DNA from: Octopus vulgaris
Lineage: Eukaryota
Assembly: GCA_951406725.2 (NCBI GenBank)
Contig: OX597818.1
Span: forward strand, 8,308,001 to 8,372,000
Reading direction: 5' to 3'
DNA: 64,000 bases
Shown one piece after another: positions 1 through 10,336 of this stretch. Position numbers and translations under genes: made by a program. Each line of letters opens with the position of its first letter. Position 1 is the stretch's first letter. The notes beneath the pieces are model-generated. The model did no database searches. It saw only the letters and a list, made by a program, of their open reading frames with translations, and was not told where the DNA came from.

Positions 1-91
1 CAGATTGGGTATATCTATATATGTGTGACGTGCGTGCAAGTGTCTGAGAATGTGTATGTAAGTATGAGTCTCTTTCTATCTTTATATATAA

Positions 92-93
<2 letters not shown>

Positions 94-150
<57 letters not shown>
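94..150. repeat. (TG)n microsatellite
   Basis: Pure TG run seen directly. Confidence 0.97.
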
Positions 151-152
<2 letters not shown>

Positions 153-510
153 GGCGCATGGCTAGGTGGTTAGAGCTTCGAAGTTACGATCGTGAGGTTG
201 TGAGTCTGATTCCCGGGCCGGGTTGCCTGCCGTGCTCTTCAGCATGACACTTTGTTTCACGTTGCTCCTGTTACCTCAGCTGTAGAAATCAGATGCGACA
301 TCGGTGGTGGCAAGCTCTATCGGCATTTGCCTTTCCCTTGGATAACATGGGTGGCGTAGTGAGGGGAGGATGGTATGCGCGGGCGACTGCTGGTCTTCAA
401 TAAAATCAACCTCAGGTTGTGCGTTCGCCGATGAGGCGACTTTGCTCCCAGACTTGTACCCCGGAGGTGCACCTCCTACGTGCAACGATGGTCACTCGTG
501 ACCGACGGAA
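151..510 (+). mobile_element. tRNA-derived SINE
   Basis: Head GGCGCATGGCTAGGTGGTTAGAGC (A box) ... GAGTCTGATTCCC (degenerate B box), followed by a GTGCTCTTCAGCATGACACTT central-domain-like motif. 3' boundary approximate. Confidence 0.75.
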
Positions 511-534
511 TCGAGTAGAGTAGCCTATATATAT

Positions 535-1000
<466 letters not shown>

Positions 1001-1001
1001 A

Positions 1002-2200
1002 ACTATATATCCATTTTAAAATTCACTGTCTGTGTGCCTGTTTGTGTGTTTGCGTGTTAGTGTGAATCTCCTCTATGCATGGTTAATTTCGCATGAAGGT
1101 TTTTTCATTACTCGAGGAAAGTTCTCGGGGTTCAAATTTTGGCCCTTGCCCACATAGGGGGCTGTAGCCGCACGTTCTTTACAACCCTTCCGATTTTTTT
1201 CCGCGTATTCCTAAGTTTTAGATGACGGAGATTCCGAATATGCTAATAAAACATGTTTTCGAAATTTTGAATTCTCCTCGCCCCACCAAATTTTAAATTT
1301 TTAGCTTATTTGCAAGTTTTATTTTTTGTTTCAATCTAGGGGGAAAACACGGAGAAAATAATTTTAATTCCAATTTTTCAATCAAGACATTTATCCACAC
1401 ACCCATCGCCATTCCACCCAGTTGTCTAACACTGAAAATGAACTGCTAAAAATAAAAGCTAACTGTATGAATTTTTCTGTTTGTGTGTGCGTACGCGCAA
1501 CAATTTCTACAGCTTATACGAATGAACAGAAAAAGTAAAGAGAAATATGTTTTATGTACCTGTCGTATACGTCCGTTTCAGTTTTTTTTCGTTTTAAAGG
1601 TAAACGATTCTGATAGAAGCAAACACTATTGAATAATTTACCGTCATAAGTCTTCGACACCCAATTTTTTTTAAAGTAAATTAAACGCTTTTTAATTGTA
1701 ATAATGAAACAAGGGAGGAAGTCCGTACCACCAAAATTAATTTCTCTCGCAAAAGAGACAGTGATATTTTCTCTATTTTTCTATATTTAATTAAAAGAAA
1801 AATATGTTGTTCACAAAAACGTTACAATTTTACTAATTCATCGATCAGTCACTGAACCAGGATTTTAATTTCATTTCATACACACTATGCTACCATTTGT
1901 ATGGAGAATTGCAAACATGGCATGTAAAGATAACTTATTTTAATAGAATTTTTATAAGTACATTTTCGTAAATGTTTTTCTTGTACCCCTCGCCCCCACA
2001 ATGTTTTTCTTGTGCCCCTCGCCCCTGTACAATACGCACATGGATACATATGAATGAAGCCCCATTTTGGAAGTATGTTAAAGTTTTTATCATTTTGGAA
2101 TGAAAAACATAAGCGTAGCTGGTGAGCGAGTGACTAAACGTGTAGAATTTTGTTGGGATTAATCTAATGTATTGACAGCAAGGTTTGAAAGACGCACTTT
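1002..2200 (+). mobile_element. Probable Helitron 5' non-coding region
   Basis: CTATATAT... followed by CTGTCTGTGTGCCTGTTTGTG degenerate (GTCT)n, typical of Helitron/HINE 5' ends. Same orientation as the Helitron helicase and CTAG end at 10337-12465. The link between the two parts is inferred. Confidence 0.4.
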
Positions 2201-2214
2201 TCTTACAAACATTA

Positions 2215-2475
2215 TGATGGAGACAGAGAAAGACACACCACCCACTTCAACGACTACGAAACAGTAGGAGGAGACGATGAAAAGAAAGGCAGTTACGACG
2301 GAAGCAATAGCACTGTTGTCAACTTCTACAAATGTAAATGACGGTGAATGACAGGTGGCTGAGAGGAAGAGGAAAAAAGCAAATTACTCCTTCTCCCCCT
2401 CCCACAGAGAGACAAAAAAGCAAATTACAAGACTTTACAAACAAGAACACGCATGAACATTTAAAAGAAACAAGA
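2215..2475 (+). mobile_element. Truncated fragment of the ORF1-only element B family (C-terminal region), inverted relative to 3478-3752
   Basis: GATGGAGACAGAGAAAGACACACC...CTTCAACGACT...GAATGACAGGTGGCTG...TTACAAACAAGAACACGCATGAACATTTAA is a diverged reverse complement of 3478-3752. Confidence 0.85.
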
Positions 2476-2886
2476 ACTGGAATCGCTATGATGTAAAACA
2501 TAAATTTCGATGTTTCACACAACTTATGTAATTTTCAGAAGAAAAAAAAAACAGTACGGTTTCTAGATATCGAAAGGTCATCATACAGACGCACGTCCGG
2601 GGAAAACTCATATTAAATTCATATAAGTCATTCATCCATTCGGTCCTTTAGGCAATATACACTGTAGGATATCTTTCAATTTATACAATAAAATTTATAG
2701 ATTTTAAAGTTCATTATTCCCGTGATATAAGTTACAGATATCGACATGAGTTATTCAAATAATTGTTCGTGGAATGGATCTAGTAAAATTAGCTAGAGTA
2801 CACTCGATATTACATATTTAAATCGATGTGACTGTTTCTACTTGGATAGGGATTTGAAATTATATCTTGATAAACTTTTCAATGTT

Positions 2887-2908
2887 AATAATAATAACAA
2901 TAATAATG

Positions 2909-2975
<67 letters not shown>

Positions 2976-2992
2976 GAGTAATAATAATAATA

Positions 2993-3065
<73 letters not shown>

Positions 3066-3126
3066 GAAGAATAATAATAAGAAGAAGAAGAAGAAGAAGA
3101 AGAAGAACAACAACAACAACAACAAC
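2887..3126. repeat. Compound (AAT)n-(AAG)n-(AAC)n microsatellite
   Basis: Seen directly. Confidence 0.97.
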
Positions 3127-3307
3127 ATCGAAAAATATATTAGGAATGAGAACCCAGGTTCGAAATTTCCCCAAGGTACCTGATGAAGGCTGGAGGGTAT
3201 ATCTGCCGAAACGTTGTTTTAACAACAACAAGATGAGGACAAATATCCGTCAAATGTAAATAGTGTAAATAGTATACATAATTCCTCATCTCTTAAATAT
3301 AGAAGTG
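3127..3307 (+). mobile_element. Short Penelope-pLTR/retrozyme-like repeat carrying a hammerhead motif
   Basis: CTGATGA-AGGC...GCC-GAAACGTT at 3180-3216, followed by an AT-rich tail. Confidence 0.65.
3174..3222 (+). ncRNA. Minimal type I hammerhead ribozyme-like motif (helix I degenerate)
   Basis: Intact CUGAUGA (3180-3186) and GAAA (3208-3211) boxes, helix II GGC/GCC, palindromic AACGUU in the helix III position as in Penelope minimal hammerheads. Confidence 0.6.
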
Positions 3308-3309
3308 TA

Positions 3310-4817
3310 TTACATGTGAGGCCGAAAAAAAGAGAAATCGTGAATGCATGAATGTATAATTAATAACTGAAAAGATGAAATGATGGTCACCCGTGCCGCA
3401 CGACTCAGATTTTTTTTTCACTTTGCTTGGTGATGTCACATCAGTTTTTTTTGTTTTTTTCTCTTTTTATTCTTTTCACTTGTTCCTGTTAAATGTTCAC
3501 GTGTGTTCTTGTTTGTAACGTTTTGTAGTTTTGGGGTATTTTTTTTGTGGGAGAGGGAGAACGAGTAATTTTCTTTATTTTCTTCCTCCCAGCCACCTGT
3601 CATTCATCATCATTTACCTTTTTTAGAAGTTGTCAACGGTACTATTTCCCCCGTCGTAACTGTCTAACCTTCCACTCTCTCCTCCTGATGCTTCTTCTTC
3701 CGCTCTGCAGTCGTTGAAGTAGAAGGTGTGTCTTTCTCTGTCTCCACCATCACCTTCTTCTGCTTGTCCTCCTCTTCCATTCTTTACTGCTGCATACTGG
3801 CCTTCGTCCGACTTTCTCCCTGTGTCTCAGGTTTTAGGTCTTGAGAAACGTTTTTCTTATGTGTCCCTTTTGCCCACACCCGAAGTACTTTGGTACTCTG
3901 CCCTGTACAACGAAAGTCACTCTTGTATCATCCGGAAGGATGATGAACTCTGGTATGCTATCAACATCTGTGTGTGTGGCCTGGATTGTCGCTCTTACGT
4001 CCCTGCCAAACTAGTTTAAGGCACTTTTTTCTTCCAACTCCTATAGTTTTACGTCTTTTATGTTGGTAAAGGCCGCCGCCAGGAGTCACATTGGTTTGAT
4101 TTCCGGGTCGAATTCGTTTACCATTATTTTCGTTGTTCTTTTACTGGGATAAAACGGCTAAAGAGCTAATCCGCTTCTCGGCAGGGTGGTCGCCGCGTCT
4201 ATCTTGGCATCACTCTCAACCACAAACTGCGCCTCCGCCGTTCCGAACTTTCTTCCGCGCTTAACGAGCACCAATTTATAAATAACATGCTTTAATGTCC
4301 TTTCAATTTCCTCTATTGATGCTACCTCTATTTTCTGGTCTTCAGAAATAGCGGCCCATAAACAAGTGTTCTTTTCTTAATTCCTTCCATCACCTCCTTG
4401 TGGGGAGTTAGTTTCACATTGTCTCCCCCCACCACTGAAGAAATGACTGGAACTTCTCGACTGCCTCCGGCTTGATATTGTAACATTTCATCCTTCTTGG
4501 TGCCGCAGCCGCATAATCCTCCGTACTTTCTACGGATTCACTTGAGTAGTCCGCCTGATCCTCTCTCTCCAATAGCTCATAAAATGTGTCGTCATCCATT
4601 TTGTGTAGGACATACTACACAAAATGTAAACGCTTCACCCACAAACGGGGAAACCAAGAAGAAACCAGCCTGTGAAAGCTAGCAATGTGTCGCAAGACAC
4701 TAGCGGTTTTTCAATAATTTTTAGAACAAAGGCAATACCAAAAGGGAAAATTTGCAAGAAAATCAACGGCAATTCAACATTAACACAGCGCAACATGGTA
4801 GCAAACACACCACACTT
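3310..4817 (-). mobile_element. ORF1-only Tx1/L1-like element B (no RT; 3' end lost)
   Basis: Disrupted ORF1-like frame plus a 3' UTR motif shared with element A (CATTTCATCTT-TTCA.TTAT...TATACAT). Boundaries approximate. Confidence 0.65.
3420..4599 (-). pseudogene. LINE ORF1/Gag-like protein B (RRM-like region + degenerate CCHC zinc knuckle)
   Basis: Manual translation across stops and frameshifts: MDDDTFYELL..DYAAAA..VKLTPHKEVMEGIKKRTLVY..KIEVASIEEIERTL..KRGRKFGTAEAQF..DPEIKPM*LLAAA..IILPDDTRVTFVVQGRVPKYFGCGQKGHIRKT. Confidence 0.75.
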
Positions 4818-4830
4818 GACTACCAAAACG

Positions 4831-6702
4831 TTCTTCTTTTCTTTATTTGGGACCCGGGTCCTAACAAAGAGGGAGCAACACGAGGACAGACAGAACACCA
4901 CAGTGAGAACAAAAAACATAAAAAGAATGAAAAAAATGAAGATGTATATAAAAATGATAATGAAAGAAGATGAAATGGCTGCATTGAGCCCCACTCTCAT
5001 GCAGTACCATTTAACAGTTACTTTATACAATTACATCAATCGTTCTTACAAACTCTTTCTTTTTGTATCGTTCTTTTTCCAAATTTTCCAAATTTTTAAC
5101 AGTCTACTTTTCCTGTTTTGTTTTAAACAAATTTTACTTACATGCATTTTTTAAACGTACATTAATGGGTTTAGATTTTCGAAATCCACGACTGGTGGTA
5201 ACTCGTCAAACTCAATTTCAACCCCCAGTGCTTCTATGTTGATTCCAAATAGTTCTTGTAATTTCTCACATCTCTCTCTATCTATGATGATTCCGTTAGT
5301 CTTTTCCGGATATTTTCTGGAGGCAGCCTTACTCTTATTATTGATTTATACTTTAAGAGCTTTTTCTCTATTGTTGTACTTTTGGTAAACCTGACCATAT
5401 GCCACTTGTATGTTTTCCCTTTTCATCTCCTCTTGCTTCAGCTGCGATCCTGGGTTGTCCGGGCGTGAGAAAAAATCATAAAAGCTGCCTCCTTCCACAT
5501 CCTGTTGTAGTACTGTTGCAATGCCTTTTAGAGCCTATTGTAATACTGTTTCTGCCTCTGCACCGTCTTCCATTATTAATACTGTTGGTGTCTCGAACCT
5601 GTTTCTCTTCTCCTCCATCTCAGTATCTTTCAGCCATTTTTGACTCTCTGGAGGAGAGTTCACTCTTCTTTTCTTTTCCGCCAGTTCACGACTGTGAAGG
5701 ATTCCTCCATTCTGTCTCTGTTACTGGTACTACCTCTTTGGTACACTTTTCATAACTTTTCTCCTCTTCGTTTTCCTTCTCTGGACACCTCACCTTCATA
5801 TGCCCATTTTTGCCGCATAGGAATCATGTTGGCGGTCTTCCTTCTTCTACTACTCGAAGTCTGATGACTTCTGGGAGTATGATTTTCTCTGTGATGCCAT
5901 ACAGCTTTTTTAAACTCACTTGTATGGCAATCTCGAGGCTATACCCCCACCAGTTGACCTTTTTGGTCCTCGTTATCTTGAGGATTGTCACCTCATCCTA
6001 CATACCGTGCATTATGGCTTCCACCAACCACGCTTCCTTTATTTCAGGGAGTGATTTGCCGAATCTTACTTTGGCAACACTTTTGCCACAGTACATCGGC
6101 AGAAGTAGCCATTTCTGTGCCCTTATTGGCACAGTGGACTGGCTTATAGCATCTTCTTCGTTGCCAAACCTTACTTCCATTATGCCGTAATTTCTTCCCC
6201 GTGTATAAAAAGTTGTCAAACTTTTAACATTCTCAAAGCACTTCTCTATTTACTCTATCGGGACGACCTCTACCTTGTTTGAGGACGTGGACAGCGTCCT
6301 GTGAGCTACCGTTCTCTTTGCCACATTATTTCTCAATTCTTCTGGAGAACTCAGCTTTAGACTGACTCCTTCCTTTCCCAGCAATCTGCTTCCTTTCTTC
6401 CATTTCTTTGACTCAATTTTTATTTCCTATACATCAAGAGTGTTGGCATTTATACCTTGCGTAGTTGCCGTTGCGTAAATTTGTCCATGCTTCATCTTTC
6501 TTCCTTTCTCCACTTTTCCCATAGTTGGGGGATAAACAGATTCAGATAACATACAAACAAGACAGTGACGAAAATCCAACAATATTAAGAATTTAACAAA
6601 TCGTGGTACACCCACACATGGAGACCTTTAACAAATATATAATAGCAATGTGTAACAATTTTAACTCACGTTAAAGAAAAGCACTGCCAGCACCCCAAGA
6701 AA
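4831..6702 (-). mobile_element. ORF1-only Tx1/L1-like element A, apparently full length, 7-bp TSD CAAAACG (4824-4830 / 6703-6709)
   Basis: One ORF1-like frame, a ~320-bp 3' UTR ending ...GGGTCCCAAATAAAGAAAAGAAGAA on the minus strand, and a flanking direct repeat. No EN/RT sequence seen. Confidence 0.75.
5151..6522 (-). pseudogene. LINE ORF1/Gag-like protein A (RRM-like region + CCHC zinc knuckle)
   Basis: MGKVEKGRKMKHGQIYATA..LKLSSPEELRNNVAKRTV..KVEVVPIE*IEKCF..TRGRNYGIMEVRF..LLPMYCGK..LPEIKEAWLV..IILPEVIRLRVVVEGRPPT*FLCGKNGHMKVRC..VDFENLNPLMYV*. Several stops and at least one frameshift. Confidence 0.8.
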
Positions 6703-6804
6703 CAAAACGCTCACTCACGACTACTGCCGACCCTTACTCTTTATATGAGTTCGGCTAGACCATTACCCAATCCGCCAGGGGTGTTAATGACTATCGCCAC
6801 AGCA
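6703..6804 (-). repeat. 5' part (U3, TATA box) of the Gypsy 3' LTR
   Basis: Starts TG at 6804 directly after the polypurine tract AAAAGGGGAGA (6805-6815, minus strand). Direct repeat of ~10230-10336. Contains CATATAAAG. Confidence 0.8.
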
Positions 6805-6837
6805 TCTCCCCTTTTAATATTGACTTCCGCTGGAAAC

Positions 6838-6886
<49 letters not shown>

Positions 6887-6890
6887 TTTA
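6838..6890. repeat. (TAT)n microsatellite next to the PPT
   Basis: Seen directly. Confidence 0.95.
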
Positions 6891-9800
6891 TTTTTATTTC
6901 ATCACACCTCCCTTTTTGAGATTTTCCTTCTAGGGAAGTTTCATATTTCTTCCGCTTAGGCACTACTTCCAACTGTTCTATTTGTTTACTCTTTCTTGCG
7001 CTGCTACGTCTATGTTCGTATACTTGTGGTGTTGGAAAATCAAAGGTTTCATAGAACATTCCAATGGGTATCACTTTTCTTTTTATCATATATATGTTTC
7101 TTTTTTTAGCTAGGTTAAATGTCTATTGTGTTCCGATTTTTCCACTTATATATGTCATTTTTGACTATTCTTTTAGTTACTACTCTCTTTTCCCAACCTT
7201 GTCTTCCATTTTTACATATTTTGAAAAACACCTTGTCACTGATAATTTTTTGAAAATCCCTATTTGTTTTTGTTACTGGTAGCAGCTTGTCGAAAACTGC
7301 CTTTATTATCCCATCAAACATTAATTCCGCAAGCGACTTGCTAGAAAGTGCGTTTGGGATTGGTGTTACCCTATAAACCCTCAAGAATTACATCAATGCT
7401 GCATCATCGACTCGCACGTTTCTTGATTGAAGGTATCCACGTAACTTTCCGCTTGCTCGTGAGATCTTGGGTGATACGGAGGAATAGAAATATTTTCAAT
7501 TGAATACCTCTTGTAAAAATTGTTAAATTCATTCGCCGTGAACTGTGTACAGTTATCGGAGACTATGATATCAGGGACACCATACCTAGCAAAAAGTTTG
7601 TGTAGATATTCGACTCTTACCGTGGATGTCGGTTTGCTACTTTTACACATATCTTGTCATTTTTAAAACTATCTGCCACTATTAGATAATATGATAGGTT
7701 TAACGGTTCTGCGGAATCTATGCGTATTGTAGACCATAGAATATCGGTTTTGGGTCAATGTTGAAATTATATAGGATGTCACTTCGCTGCAAGAGTATAT
7801 CCTCAGCAGGATTTTACCAACTTCTCGATATTTAGATCTATTTTGGCCAGTAAACGTAACCCCTCATAAGCGACTGCATTCTAAAAATTCCTGAATATCC
7901 AGCGTGGAATTCCTTTAACATTCGGCCTTGTAGTGAGGTAGATATTACGACACTATGCATACATAAGCACATTATCACATATCGAATACAAATTCGAAAC
8001 TGTCTTACGCCCAGCCACAATATTTTTTATTTGTTTCTTCTGATCTCACTATTTTTATCATTTTTATGATAAACACGTCCGTCTCTACCTTAATTTTTAT
8101 TTCCTCTAACGTCATAGTCAGTTCTCGCATAATAATCCATAATATATGTTTTATTTCAGTTTATCTGTATCTTCTAGTGGTTTGCTGTATTTTGGTAGTA
8201 CTCGTTACAAACCATCTACATGTCCTAATGACTTTGACGGCAAATACTCCATCTTGAAGTCATAATTCAATAGAATCGTTCCTTATCGTAGCAATCTATT
8301 GGCTGTATGACAGGGGATACCATTTTTTGAACTGTAGATCGGCAATAATGATCGGTGGTCTGTCTGCAGATAGAAATTGTTTTTACCTAAAATATGATGG
8401 TTAATGCCTCGTTTTCAATTTGACTGTAGTTTTTGTCATCCGAAGATAATGAACACGAAGCATGAGCTACTTGATTTCAGGCTATCATCTTCATACTTGT
8501 GTAAAATCACAGCTTCGATACCACATTCACTAGCATCTGCTGCCACTACTATTTCTAAATTCGGGTCAAAATGTGATAACGCCAATTCTGACGTTAAGAC
8601 GTTTTTAATATTTTCAAAAGCTTTTCGGCATTCGTCTGACCAGTTTAATAAGTTATTCACAGGTGCTCTTAAATCGTGCATATTCGGTATGTATACCTGG
8701 TAGTAATTTGCAAGCCCCTAAAATACTTGTTACGTTGTAATGTTCGTTGGGGAGGCATATTTTTATTTCACTCGCCCTAGACGAGTCTGGTCTGAATCCA
8801 TTTTCATCAATAACCTGCCCTAGTTATTTTATACTTGGCATAAACAATTCACACGTTCTTCGCTAAGTTTAAAACTATAATATTTTATTCTTTCGAATAC
8901 CTTTTTGATATGCCCTGTATTATGACCTCGAGATTCACTTTTATGAGTATGCTGTCAAGTTAGGCTCCAAAAATGCGAACCGGGGAGTATTATGTTCATA
9001 ATTTGTTGGAAAATTTTACGTGCTACATTTATACCAAAAGGGTTGCATTAAATTTTTACAACCACTTATGAGTATTTATTGTCAAAAATTTTGAGCATTC
9101 GTCATCGACTGTTACCTTACAAATATGCTTCAGATATGCCTCCATTCAATTCGCTAAAATGTATTCCGGACTTGGTAACGGGCATCAAACATTCGTTTAA
9201 TGCCATTGAAAAATCAGCGCATAAGCGGATTTTATTAATTATTTTTGTTGACGTAAAATGTAGGGAACACACATTTTGAGTAATCAATTTTTTCAATAAT
9301 GCCAAGCCTTTTAAGTTTCTCCAATTCTTCGTAGACTTGTTTAAACGCTGCCAAATGTACCGTTTTTTTTTTTTTTTGGTGGGGGGGTTAAGTACCGATA
9401 TAGCGTTTTGTTTCTTTTCAAACTTCGCCTGTGTTTTGTCCGGGCTATATCTTAAATTTATAATCCTCTAGCATTTTTCAGCCACTGTCTGCAGAGTTAT
9501 TTTTGGGTCCTGTTCTAGTTTTGTTAATAGACAGAAACGTATATCAGCATCTTTTCTTGCTGTTAACCATTGAGCAAAAATTAGACGTTTGAACAAATCC
9601 GGGGTTAATTCATTCAATTTGAATTTTTCACACTCTCTGTTAACGACCCGAGCATAAGTGGCAAAATCTTCGTTTTTTTAACTAAATTTAAACATTGCCA
9701 ACAAGTATAGAACAAAGAACTTCTTTTACTGAAAATTCTCGATAAAAAATTTCACTGTTTCATCGAAACAAATCTCACCTCATTTCATCCGCAGAATATA

Positions 9801-10144
9801 GTTACAGTATTTTGCGTCTTCCTCAGGGGATAACTTTCTTAAAAGTAGTCTCACCTACTTTTCGGCATTCCAATTGTTAAATTCATCGTTGGAGGTTTTT
9901 TCGTATCTTCTAAAATATGAAGAGAAAGTAATATTTTCTTTTGGGTTATAAATATATATTCCCATTGTCTGACGCGAATGAACCTGAAGTATTTTCAATC
10001 TTCTTCAACATTACATCCAGTTACTTCTGTCGGTGCTGTTGTTGTTGCTGTTGCAATAGTACTACGCGAGGTAATAAGCCTTCCATGTTAAATCATTTTT
10101 GTGTGAGTTTCGTGTCAAAAATAATTAAACGTCCTACGCAAGAT

Positions 10145-10336
10145 TCGAATATATCATCACCACATTTATATACTGCTACCGGTGGGTATAGGTAATTAAT
10201 GTGTAGCACGACGTACGTCATGAGACTACCAAACACACTCTCTCTCTCTCGTCTACTACCGACCTCTACTCTTTATAAGAGTTCGGCTAGTCCATTCTCC
10301 AATCTACCAGGTGTGTCAGTGACTCTTGCCAAAACA
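10145..10336 (-). repeat. Gypsy 5' LTR (inner boundary approximate)
   Basis: Starts TG at 10336, contains CTTATAAAG. Aligns with 6703-6804 and continues with TTTGGTAGTC, which matches 4818-4830. No clear PBS. Confidence 0.7.

Larger units (their letters stand above)
6703..10336 (-). mobile_element. Degenerate Gypsy (Mag/K02A2.6-like) LTR retrotransposon
   Basis: Gag start MEGLLPRVVLLQQQQ (~10087), RT IRLCADFS, RNase H LSHFDPNLEIVVAADASECGIEAVILH, integrase LKEFHAGYSGIFRMQSLMRGYVYWP and LFARYGVPDIIVSDN.TQFT..PPYHPRSHEQAE in RT-RH-INT order. Protease region appears deleted near 9420. PPT and two LTR copies present. Confidence 0.92.

Noticed and set aside
151-230. tRNA genes (here and at other SINE heads)
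   Set aside because: A/B boxes are followed by SINE bodies, with no complete cloverleaf or Pol III terminator.
2760-2800. Alternative Helitron 3' end (GATCTAGT)
   Set aside because: No GC-rich hairpin at the expected distance upstream.
2838-3259. Poly-L/N/I ORFs, and similar ORFs at 781-1065, 13516-13926, 17082-17322, 47643-47952, 57617-57918, 58369-58960, 59236-60150 and 61169-61654
   Set aside because: These are translations of microsatellites, not genes. Only the Dong/R4 C-terminal part within 59100-59280 and 59912-60082 is meaningful.
4635-5154. 131-aa and 160-aa ORFs
   Set aside because: They overlie the low-complexity 3' UTR of element A and the start of B, and have no recognisable domain.
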